Shown here: positions 17,762 to 26,527 of the stretch, in pieces
Layout: each line of letters starts with the position of its first letter
Numbering within the stretch: the stretch's first letter is position 1
Assembly: GCA_963840965.1 (NCBI GenBank)
Contig: CAWJAW010000003.1
Location: 269,714 to 333,713 of the forward strand
DNA from: an uncultured Bacteroidales bacterium
GTDB lineage: Bacteria; Bacteroidota; Bacteroidia; Bacteroidales; VadinHA17
Direction: 5' to 3'
Length of the DNA: 64,000 bases
Program-made: the position numbers and the translations under genes
Notes under the pieces: model-generated
The model's input: the letters and a program-made list of their open reading frames with translations, nothing else
Databases searched by the model: none
What the model was told of the DNA's origin: nothing

Positions 17762-20011
17762 TTACCCCTCATTGCCATATCCTGCAGGCTGTATCTTTCC
17801 CGAAAACCTGATACTGAAACTCCTCTGTGGCTGGATGTCCCCCGGCCTGCCCATGTATTCGGTGTTTGTTAAGTTTTTAACAGCAAACGACAGGGTGAAT
17901 TTCTTATTGAGCATGTACCCGATGTTCCCATCAACGGTTGCATAACCTTCGTTGTGTCCAGCCCAGTAACCACTGAAACCCGGCAGAATTGGACTGGTAA
18001 TGAAAACTTCATCAATATCAAGGATTTTCGACCTCAGATAGAGGCTAAGCCCGAAGCTTGCTCTTTTCCTTTGAGCGTCGAGGGAGACGATGCCCGAGTG
18101 TTTCCTCCTGTATTTCAGGTAAGTATCCGTATTCTGGTGGGTGTATTTGTTGTATTCGACAGGATACATGAATGTGTAACCTCCCGATAATGCTGTACTG
18201 AGTTCCCCGAAGGTCTTTGAAAGAAGCAGTTCCGCTTCGAGCCCGTAGACTCTCGACTGTTCCACATTGGTTGCCATGAACCCTAACCCTTCCGGATAAG
18301 AAGCGAACGTGTATTCAATCATATTTGAATTCTGGATCAGGAAAGCCGACAAATCTGCCTGCCCGGTTATATTTCCCAGCAGGATACCTTGTTTTATTCC
18401 TGCTTCTGTACTCCACCCCGATTCAGAAAGTATGCCGGGGTTTGCTATTATTCTTATTGATCCGATTGTCGTTGCTGCAAATTTCTCGGCCATGGAGGGA
18501 TAACGGTAACCCTGTCCGAATGAAGCCCTTAGGAAAGTCATTTCCGCAGCCTGCCAGTTTAGTCCGGCCCGGAGTATCGGGACCAGTTCGTTGCCGGAGC
18601 CGTCGAGCGAATAATTTTCCAGTCTGACACCGGCAACAGCCTTGAGCCGGTTCAGCGGTCTGACTTCAATCTGTGTAAAAGCTGCCATGTTAAAGCCCGA
18701 GTGGTCGCCGAAGAAATTTGATTTTACAACGCTGTAATTCTCTGAAAGGCCTGCAGTTAAATCGACAATGTCGTGCAGTCTGTACCAGAGCTGGTATTCG
18801 GCATAAAGGGAATTGGCATCGCTGTTGTTCTGTTCGCTTTCAGGAAGCCTGTTGAGGGTTGACTGGTACCTCAGCCTCAGATCATGCCTGAACCGCCCTG
18901 TTTTTTTGTACGAGACAAAGGGATCAACTGTAAGGAAAGTCCCGTTGTACTCGTTGGCTGTCGAAGGCGATTGCTTAAGTGCGCCGGTTTCGGCATCCTC
19001 CCACAGCACAAAATCTTTCTTAGTGTTGAATCCTGCATTCAGAGCAACACCGTAACCAAGGCCTTCAATCCGTGAGCTGTTCTGCCTGATCTTCAGGTTT
19101 GCCCTTGCAAGTTTCTCCCCGTTTAGTCTTCTGTATCCTTCATCGATGAAGATGTTGGCTCCGGCACCGATATCTGTATTCCCTTCTTTCCTTAGGTGTG
19201 AGAATGAAACACTAGAGAATACCCTGGGTGTTTCCCACCAGACCCAGTCCCTGTTTTGCGGTTTCCCATAAACACCTGCTTCGGTATAGAATTGTGTGAC
19301 CGGGATATTGTCCGCATCGGCTGTCCTGAAATTTATTATTCCATTAAGCGCCGATGAACCATACAGCACCGATGAGGCTCCTTTAATTATCTCTATCTGG
19401 GCCAGGTTTTCAAGAGGCAGGTATTGCCATTTTATATTTCCCGCATCAGCAGATAGCATCGGCAGACCGTCGATAAGAGCCAGTACGCGGCTGCCTGCCC
19501 CGTAACTGAATCCGCTGCCTCCCCTGATGGAGGCCTGGCCGTCCATGACTTCAATACCAGGTACCTTGTTGATCAGCTCCTGAATCTCTGTAATATGATT
19601 TTGAGAAATGACGGATGGCTTAACTACATTCATTGAAACGGAAAGCTCCGCTACTCTTTTTTCAATCCTGTCGGCGCTTACCACAATCTGGTCGATCTCG
19701 CGGAGCTTCATCTCCATTCCGATGTCAAGCCTCACAGGCACGTCTTGACTTAAAATAAGCTCCCTTATAGCGGATTCATATCCAATGAACTGGAATGAAA
19801 CCGAGACCCTTCTTTCCGTCGTGTTAAAGGAATAAAATCCCTTTTCGTCGCTAATGGTTCCAAGTTGCCTGCCATAAACGACATACACTCCGGCAAGAGG
19901 TTCTTTTGTATGAAAATCTGTTATGGTTCCGCTTACGGTTACCCTTGTCTGGGCCTTGCCCGGGACCCAAGCGATAATGAAAAATAATGCCGCAATCAGA
20001 CTACGGATCAT
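17762..20011 (-). CDS. TonB-dependent receptor with carboxypeptidase-regulatory-like N-domain
   Basis: 749 aa with a signal peptide, VSGTITDFHTKEPLAGVYV, a plug (DGLPM) and a barrel. Confidence 0.85.
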   Translation of the reverse strand: MIRSLIAALFFIIAWVPGKAQTRVTVSGTITDFHTKEPLAGVYVVYGRQLGTISDEKGFYSFNTTERRVSVSFQFIGYESAIRELILSQDVPVRLDIGMEMKLREIDQIVVSADRIEKRVAELSVSMNVVKPSVISQNHITEIQELINKVPGIEVMDGQASIRGGSGFSYGAGSRVLALIDGLPMLSADAGNIKWQYLPLENLAQIEIIKGASSVLYGSSALNGIINFRTADADNIPVTQFYTEAGVYGKPQNRDWVWWETPRVFSSVSFSHLRKEGNTDIGAGANIFIDEGYRRLNGEKLARANLKIRQNSSRIEGLGYGVALNAGFNTKKDFVLWEDAETGALKQSPSTANEYNGTFLTVDPFVSYKKTGRFRHDLRLRYQSTLNRLPESEQNNSDANSLYAEYQLWYRLHDIVDLTAGLSENYSVVKSNFFGDHSGFNMAAFTQIEVRPLNRLKAVAGVRLENYSLDGSGNELVPILRAGLNWQAAEMTFLRASFGQGYRYPSMAEKFAATTIGSIRIIANPGILSESGWSTEAGIKQGILLGNITGQADLSAFLIQNSNMIEYTFASYPEGLGFMATNVEQSRVYGLEAELLLSKTFGELSTALSGGYTFMYPVEYNKYTHQNTDTYLKYRRKHSGIVSLDAQRKRASFGLSLYLRSKILDIDEVFITSPILPGFSGYWAGHNEGYATVDGNIGYMLNKKFTLSFAVKNLTNTEYMGRPGDIQPQRSFSIRFSGKIQPAGYGNEG

Positions 20012-20418
20012 TTTGCTCTGAATGTCATCTCAATTGTGATAGGCGGACCAAGAGGGTTCTGCGGATCAGGAATGCTCCCCTCCACTTCAAGCGATGTGGC
20101 TGAAAGCTCTATGATTGTAAGCGAAATCGATACGGGTATCGATACCGTGGTTATAATAATCTTTTCCTCGGCGGCTGCAAACATCCACTCACCAGTATAG
20201 GTACCAAAGGTTCCTGTCCCGTCTTCATTGAATTTTGCATCCCCTACAAAGCCTTCAAGCAATCCCCCGGGTCCGGTGGCATCAACACCGTTGGCAAGAA
20301 GGCTCACCGGTGTCCAGACTGTACCTGTCAGGAATTTGAACCTGTCCGATTCATCCTCTTTGCATGAATATGCAAGGACCAGTGTGACGATTATAAAAAA
20401 CGAAGCAAGTTTTTGCAT
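20008..20418 (-). CDS. small lipocalin-like lipoprotein partnered with the TonB-dependent receptor
   Basis: Lipobox LVLAYSC. The start was moved to MQKLASFF. Its stop overlaps the receptor start (ATGA). Confidence 0.55.
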   Translation of the reverse strand: MQKLASFFIIVTLVLAYSCKEDESDRFKFLTGTVWTPVSLLANGVDATGPGGLLEGFVGDAKFNEDGTGTFGTYTGEWMFAAAEEKIIITTVSIPVSISLTIIELSATSLEVEGSIPDPQNPLGPPITIEMTFRAK

Positions 20419-20564
20419 GTCTCTAATTTTTACATTTCTTTTCAGGGTCAAAGGTATAAAAAAGATTTAACCACTCAATCCGGAGCCGGTCAACCTGATT
20501 TTCAATATCCTGCCAGCGACCACTCCATTCCTTTTTCGCCGGAAGAATAATATAAACCTCGATA

Positions 20565-21917
20565 TCAGAATTCCTTGATCTTTATGTTCCTGAACCACAC
20601 CCTGTCGCCGTGGTCCTGTAGCAGTATCCTTCCTTCCTCAGTTTCGGCGAATCCCTTAATCTTGCTGAACTTGCTTGCTGCCACCACTTCTTTCCATGTG
20701 TCAGTTCCTTTTTCATATTCCACGGTAAGGAAACCGTTGAGCCAGTGCTGAACCTTATTGCCATTGACGATAATGACCGCCCTGCTCCACTGGTCGAAGC
20801 CGTTGTCCCTCTTGTTCTTCGGGGCGATCAGATCATAAAGCCCGGCAAGGGTACGGGTTCCGGGAATTCCCAATTTCGCATCAGGGTGATTACGGTCATC
20901 GAGGATCTGGTACTCACATCCGATTGAAGCAAGAGCTCCATTTTCCTTCTCTGTGTTGATGAAGTATTTAATACCGCTGTTGCCGCCTTTGACGTACTTG
21001 AAGTCGACAGATAATTCGAAGTTCCTGAATTTTTCAGTTGTGACAATATCACCTCCTCCGCCCGGCTGTTTTGCTTCCGGATTCAAAGTAAGAGCTCCGT
21101 CAGTTATTTCCCATCCGTTAGCAGGGAAATTTCCGGTTTTGGCATTGATCCATCCTGCTGAAGTCTTTCCGTCGAAAAGGAGTTTCCATCCTTCTTCGGT
21201 CTCCCGTTCGGAAAGCACATTGGTGAGGTAGTTGGTCTGGGGTATATCCTTTGTATAAGGGCGCCTGTACTTTTCAGGTTCCTCTGTCATAATACGGATA
21301 TTCCTCCATTTCACCTCGAGTCCGGCCCTGGTGGAATCATTTCCTATCGAGTGAACCTGAAGGGCAATGAAGCCCACAGGTGTCATATCGTCAATGAGAT
21401 CAGCGCAGGGAATTCCGTTTACCCAGGTTCTGATTGAATTGCCTATTGCCTCCACCCTGTAGTGGTTCCACTCGCCAACTTTCAGGGCCTTCTGCCCTTC
21501 GGGATTAAGGTCGAGAGTGTAAAGCCATCCTCTCCTGGCCTCATCATAGATTCCTCCCGACCATGCACGGGGCGAAGGATCCATCTCAACCTGGTAGCCA
21601 TGAACCCGGCCATCCATGTAATCAGCCCGGCTTTCGCTCCTTATCTGGACACCCGAGTTCATTTGCGGATCGAACCAGGTTTCAAATTCAAGAATGAAAT
21701 CACCGTATTTCTCTTTAGTGCATAAAAATGAGTTTGGGGAAGCGGTAACCGTTGTGCCTGTTACAACTCCGTCTTCAAGCCTGAACGGCGCAGTTCCGTT
21801 GAGCTGTTCCCAGGCTGAAAGATCCTTCTTTATAAGGTTTGTCCATGGTTCTTTTTCTGAACATGCTGTAATTAAACATAACATCAGAATTGCAGCAATG
21901 AGGACTGATCTTTTCAT
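20565..21917 (-). CDS. lipoprotein with two DUF1080 (3-keto-disaccharide hydrolase-like) domains
   Basis: Each half ends in the DUF1080 signature (VKWRNIRI and VWFRNIKIKEF). Lipobox LITAC. Confidence 0.75.
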   Translation of the reverse strand: MKRSVLIAAILMLCLITACSEKEPWTNLIKKDLSAWEQLNGTAPFRLEDGVVTGTTVTASPNSFLCTKEKYGDFILEFETWFDPQMNSGVQIRSESRADYMDGRVHGYQVEMDPSPRAWSGGIYDEARRGWLYTLDLNPEGQKALKVGEWNHYRVEAIGNSIRTWVNGIPCADLIDDMTPVGFIALQVHSIGNDSTRAGLEVKWRNIRIMTEEPEKYRRPYTKDIPQTNYLTNVLSERETEEGWKLLFDGKTSAGWINAKTGNFPANGWEITDGALTLNPEAKQPGGGGDIVTTEKFRNFELSVDFKYVKGGNSGIKYFINTEKENGALASIGCEYQILDDRNHPDAKLGIPGTRTLAGLYDLIAPKNKRDNGFDQWSRAVIIVNGNKVQHWLNGFLTVEYEKGTDTWKEVVAASKFSKIKGFAETEEGRILLQDHGDRVWFRNIKIKEF

Positions 21918-22044
21918 ATTATTATCATTTTAAATTTTCGACATGGTAAAGATATTCAAAGATTTGAAAAAATGACTTTTGCGCCGTAAACCTATTTTTA
22001 TTACTTTAGTCGGACACTATTGATATTAAGTGGTATAAATTTTT

Positions 22045-22845
22045 ATGGCCATGAAACATATAAAGCATTCCTTTCACCGGTTTTTATTTATGTCATTCCT
22101 AATGACGGGCTTACTAAGCGGGAGTTCCCTTGCCCAACAGGTTGTCGGACTCGACAACTGGTTCAACCGTGAGACCAATGCCAAAACTGGACAGCCGTTC
22201 CATTACCTGTGGACTGATACCGAGTGGAGCGGTTATTCGAGATGGGGGGAGATATTCACCACAATGGGAGCAAAAATCACAACAATTGAGAGGCCTCTTC
22301 CTGAGGTGCTGAAGAACATTGATATCTACATAATTGTCGATCCAGATACCACAACCGAGTCCCAGGCTCCCAATTACATCCTAGACGATGATATAAAAGC
22401 AATTAAAAAGTGGGTTAAAAAGGGAGGTGTTCTTGCCGTACTTGCCAACGATGCACCCAACGCCGAATTTACACACCTGAACAGGCTGATGAAAAACTTC
22501 GGGATGCATTTTAACCATGTCTCACTTCACCCGGTTCCCGGAACCGATTTTGAAATGGGAGCCAGTACTGCTTTTGATGACCATCCTGTGTTTGAGGGAG
22601 TGTCCAAAATCTATATCAAGGAGGTCTCCGACATCAGTTTGTCACGGGAAGCCAGGCCTCTGCTTACGGAGAAAGGTAAGGTTCTTATAGCGGAGACTTC
22701 CTACGGAAAGGGTTATGTCTTTGCCATCGGCGACCCCTGGATCTATAACGAATACATCGACCACGACAGGCTGCCCTCAGGATTTGAAAACAGGAAGGCA
22801 GCAGAAAACCTTTCAGGATTTCTCCTGGGCAAAGCAAAAAAGTAA
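22045..22845 (+). CDS. secreted hypothetical protein (possible DUF4350-like flavodoxin-like fold)
   Basis: 266 aa with a signal peptide. It is adjacent to, and co-oriented with, the GH105-like gene. The fold assignment is a weak recollection. Confidence 0.4.
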   Translation: MAMKHIKHSFHRFLFMSFLMTGLLSGSSLAQQVVGLDNWFNRETNAKTGQPFHYLWTDTEWSGYSRWGEIFTTMGAKITTIERPLPEVLKNIDIYIIVDPDTTTESQAPNYILDDDIKAIKKWVKKGGVLAVLANDAPNAEFTHLNRLMKNFGMHFNHVSLHPVPGTDFEMGASTAFDDHPVFEGVSKIYIKEVSDISLSREARPLLTEKGKVLIAETSYGKGYVFAIGDPWIYNEYIDHDRLPSGFENRKAAENLSGFLLGKAKK

Positions 22846-22870
22846 ACTTTCACATCCAAAAAATACCTTA

Positions 22871-23995
22871 ATGAAAAGATCTGTCTTCCTTCTTGTCATT
22901 TCTTTTTTTGTTTTTATATGGCTGCAGGGCCAGACAACCACAAAAGAACGAACCATGTCTGCCATGGTGCTCGCCAACCTTTACTTCATGGAGAAATGGC
23001 CCGATGTAGGCAAGACAATAATAACCGAACGGGAACGCCCGAGCAATATCTGGACCAGGGGCACCTACTACGAAGGCCTGATGGCTCTTCACACCCTCAA
23101 TCCCGATCCGGAATACCTCAGCTATGCCGTGCAATGGGGCGAGTTTCACAACTGGGGCCTCAGGAACGGGATCACCACACGAAACGGCGATGACCAGTGC
23201 TGCGGCCAGACCTATATCGACCTTTACCTGATGGATCCGTCAAAAACTGAGAGGATCAGGGATATAAAGGCATGTATTGACAACATGATTGCAACCGACA
23301 AAATCGACGACTGGAGCTGGATAGACGCAATCCATATGTCGATGCCGGTATTTGCCCGGCTCGGACATGTTTACAAGGACAACAGATATTTTGACCGGGC
23401 TCATGAGATGTACATGTTCACAAAACTCAAGCACGGCGACAACGGGCTCTATTCCACAAAAGACCATCTCTGGTGGAGGGACAAGGATTTCGATCAGCCC
23501 TACGCGGAACCCAACGGCAGGGGATGCTACTGGTCGAGAGGCAATGGCTGGGTTGTTGCAGCTCTGGTCCGCACGTTGGAATTTCTTCCTGAGGATTCAC
23601 CCTACCGTAAGGAATACATTAAAACACTGAAGCAGATGTTCAAGGCTCTTAAGAAGGTACAGAGGACTGACGGTTACTGGAATGTAAGCCTGCATGATCC
23701 ATCCAATTTCGGGGGGAAAGAACTCTCCGGCACAGCCATGTTCACCTACGCCATGGCATGGTGCATTAACAGAGGTATAATAAGTGAAAGGAAGTATCTT
23801 CCGGTTGTTGAAAAAGCCTGGTCGGCCATGGTTAATGAATCGCTGCATCCCAATGGTTTCCTCGGATACGTTCAGGGAACAGGAAAACAGCCTTCAGACA
23901 GCCAGCCTGTCGGATATGACACCATTCCGAATTTCGAGGACTTCGGACTCGGATGTTTCCTGCTGGCCGGATCAGAAATGTACAAGCTTAAATGA
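22871..23995 (+). CDS. GH105/GH88-family unsaturated rhamnogalacturonyl/glucuronyl hydrolase (YteR-like)
   Basis: Motifs WSWIDAIHMSMP, CYWSRGNGW and SGTAMFTYA are typical of the alpha/alpha-6 barrel of YteR-like enzymes. The start was moved to MKRSVFLL at 22871. Confidence 0.75.
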   Translation: MKRSVFLLVISFFVFIWLQGQTTTKERTMSAMVLANLYFMEKWPDVGKTIITERERPSNIWTRGTYYEGLMALHTLNPDPEYLSYAVQWGEFHNWGLRNGITTRNGDDQCCGQTYIDLYLMDPSKTERIRDIKACIDNMIATDKIDDWSWIDAIHMSMPVFARLGHVYKDNRYFDRAHEMYMFTKLKHGDNGLYSTKDHLWWRDKDFDQPYAEPNGRGCYWSRGNGWVVAALVRTLEFLPEDSPYRKEYIKTLKQMFKALKKVQRTDGYWNVSLHDPSNFGGKELSGTAMFTYAMAWCINRGIISERKYLPVVEKAWSAMVNESLHPNGFLGYVQGTGKQPSDSQPVGYDTIPNFEDFGLGCFLLAGSEMYKLK

Positions 23996-24061
23996 TACCG
24001 ATGAAGGGATATGTATTAATCCTGTGAATTTCCGCAAGTAAAAAACCTAACCAATAAAATT

Positions 24062-25333
24062 ATGAAGAAAGTACTTCTGCTCCAGATGATTCTGGCCATG
24101 TTCCTGACCTTGTCGTGTTCAGAAAAGAAGGATAATCAGGAATTAACTGTGGGAACACCCGGTTCTGTTCAGGTATCAGCCGAGCGGCTAAACAGGATCG
24201 ATTCAATCATAATTCAAAGCATTGAAAATAAATGGATCGCCGGCGCAACGGGATTTATAGCCCGCGATGGTAAGATTATTTATAACAGGGCATTCGGTGT
24301 CAGTGACATTGAGAACAGGACACCCATGCAGACCGATGCCATATTCCGGATAGCTTCGCAGACAAAGGCAATTGTAAGCATCGGACTTATGATGCTGTTT
24401 GAAGAGGGAAAGTTTCTTCTCGACGATCCCGTCTCGAAATACATCCCCGAATTTGCCAATCCTCAAGTCATTGAAAAATACAATCCTGCCGATACAACAT
24501 TCACTACCATGCCGGCAAAGAGGGAAATAACCATCCGTGATCTGTTCACTCATACTTCGGGCATTGATTACGCAGGCATTGGTTCCCCGATGATGAATGC
24601 CGTGTACTCGAAGGCTGGCATTATGGGAGGCTTTGGAAACGACAGGATAACTATCGGAGAAGACATCAGGATACTTGGGAAACAGCCTCTTGTCCATCAG
24701 CCCGGCGAGAAATTCACCTATGGACTGAATGTGGATGTTATCGGCTATCTGATTGAGATACTTTCCGGGCAGAAACTTGACCAGTACCTGAAAACCAGGA
24801 TCTTTGATCCGCTAGGCATGGAGGACTCATGGTTCTATCTTCCCGAGGAAAAGCATTCGAGGCTTGTTCAGGTAAATACCGAAGATGCAAACCGGAACGT
24901 TATACCCATGCCTCAGGAATATGTGAATTACCCTCTTACGAAAGGTACATATTTCTCTGGCGGAGCAGGACTGAGCTCAACGACAAAGGATTATGCCACC
25001 TTCCTCCAGATGCTTCTGAACATGGGCGAGTATAACGGCAAACGGCTCCTGGCAAGCCGCACGGTTGAACTGATAACATCGAATCAGATCGGAGACCTGA
25101 ATGTCGGGAAAGACAAGTTTGGACTTGGATTCGAGATAACTACCGAAGACGGTCAGGCTGTGCTTGGAATATCAGAAGGATCGTTTGCCTGGGGAGGTTA
25201 TTTCGGCACCACCTACTGGGCCGATCCTGAAGAAAGGCTTGTCTGCCTGCTTTTCATGCAGCAGTCGCCTCTCAGTCGCGGTGAAATCCAGAACAAGTTC
25301 AAGGCAATGGTCTACCAGGCCCTTGACGATTAG
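24062..25333 (+). CDS. serine hydrolase, beta-lactamase/esterase family
   Basis: SxxK motif (ASQTK), ~420 aa, lipoprotein-like signal (LTLSC). Confidence 0.7.
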   Translation: MKKVLLLQMILAMFLTLSCSEKKDNQELTVGTPGSVQVSAERLNRIDSIIIQSIENKWIAGATGFIARDGKIIYNRAFGVSDIENRTPMQTDAIFRIASQTKAIVSIGLMMLFEEGKFLLDDPVSKYIPEFANPQVIEKYNPADTTFTTMPAKREITIRDLFTHTSGIDYAGIGSPMMNAVYSKAGIMGGFGNDRITIGEDIRILGKQPLVHQPGEKFTYGLNVDVIGYLIEILSGQKLDQYLKTRIFDPLGMEDSWFYLPEEKHSRLVQVNTEDANRNVIPMPQEYVNYPLTKGTYFSGGAGLSSTTKDYATFLQMLLNMGEYNGKRLLASRTVELITSNQIGDLNVGKDKFGLGFEITTEDGQAVLGISEGSFAWGGYFGTTYWADPEERLVCLLFMQQSPLSRGEIQNKFKAMVYQALDD

Positions 25334-26499
25334 TACTTCTTAAGTAAATCAAGAAGTCTCCCGTCGAGTTTGTGGCCATACCAGTCGGTGTAGTCAATAT
25401 CGGTCCTGCGAGAATCAAGTATCCCGAAGTCGCCCCTGAAATTCCAGAGAGCGTAGCCAATATTGCGTTCCGTCAGGATGTCGAGAATATCCTCAAACCA
25501 GGCCAGGAATACATGATGAGGTGTCTTGTTGTAGCATCCCCCCTCGCCGCAGTGAACACCCACGCCCTTGTCGACCAGTTCGAGCCATGGCTTGTAGAAC
25601 TCCTCAAGCTGGGCACGTCCGTACTGCTTACCGTCAATAACACCCGGCCATACCGGCATAGGAGCATCAGCAGGATTCTTCCATACCCACGAAGCCTGAT
25701 AATGTGATACATAATGAGGATAATACGCCCTGCAACTCTGGGCAATATTCAGATCGGCCAGCTCGGGTATTACATTACTGCCGCCGCTATTGCCGTCGGC
25801 CACAATCAGGCGTTTGTTGTTGTATTTCCAGATCCCGTCCGAGGCGCCGACAGCCACCTTGCGGTAAATGTCTCCCGGAACAGGTCCCTTCTGCGCGAAC
25901 TGGTCATTCATATCTTCGATGTAGGCCGGCTCATTCAGCAGGTCGAAGCTCAGTTTCTCATGAGAGATGTCCTTATACCTTTCAGCCCACATGCTCCAGT
26001 GAGAATAGAATGCATCCTGAGCTTCCTTGTCCTTCCACAGGTTGAAAGGCTCATGAAATCCCGCATTAATGCAATACCCAGGTCCCCTGTGGAGGTTGAG
26101 GCTCACATGCAGGTTGTGCCTGTTGGCCATATAGATCAGATTGTCAATCTCCTCCAGTACCTTCTGGTCAAAGTTGAGGATCTCATCCTTATTTATATCC
26201 CTTGTCCTGTCGAACGACAGGTATCTTGGATATGCCATAGGTATCCTTACAAAATCAAATCCCCAGTCTTCCATCCATTTAAGATCCTCTTCCGTAGTTC
26301 TGTTTGAAAGGGGATTCTGAGGCGGAGTGGGGGAGAAGAGGTCAAGAAGATTGAAACCCTTCCAGCGGGGAAGCTTGTTCTTTATTGCCGGGCTAATGGA
26401 AGAACCGGTACAGGTTGCTGTGCCGGCTATTGCAAGTCCTGCCGCCGCGACGGCAGTATTCTTAAGGAATATTCTGCGGTTTATTTTCTTTGGTTTCAT
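25330..26499 (-). CDS. glycoside hydrolase family 5 (cellulase-like), Tat-type signal
   Basis: RRIFLKNTAVAAAGLAIAG signal and the acid/base motif LLNEP in a TIM-barrel-sized ORF. Confidence 0.7.
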   Translation of the reverse strand: MKPKKINRRIFLKNTAVAAAGLAIAGTATCTGSSISPAIKNKLPRWKGFNLLDLFSPTPPQNPLSNRTTEEDLKWMEDWGFDFVRIPMAYPRYLSFDRTRDINKDEILNFDQKVLEEIDNLIYMANRHNLHVSLNLHRGPGYCINAGFHEPFNLWKDKEAQDAFYSHWSMWAERYKDISHEKLSFDLLNEPAYIEDMNDQFAQKGPVPGDIYRKVAVGASDGIWKYNNKRLIVADGNSGGSNVIPELADLNIAQSCRAYYPHYVSHYQASWVWKNPADAPMPVWPGVIDGKQYGRAQLEEFYKPWLELVDKGVGVHCGEGGCYNKTPHHVFLAWFEDILDILTERNIGYALWNFRGDFGILDSRRTDIDYTDWYGHKLDGRLLDLLKKY

Positions 26500-26527
26500 G
26501 GATTGATTATAAGTACATTATCGTTAA

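Noticed and set aside
20493-20518. ACCTGAT...CTGCCAGCG, resembling the 3-prime half of a TPP riboswitch (ACCTGATCTGGATAATGCCAGCG).
   Set aside because: There is no CTGG to pair with CCAG (no P5 helix) and no CUGAGA motif upstream. It is on the plus strand with no downstream plus-strand gene. It is probably a chance match.
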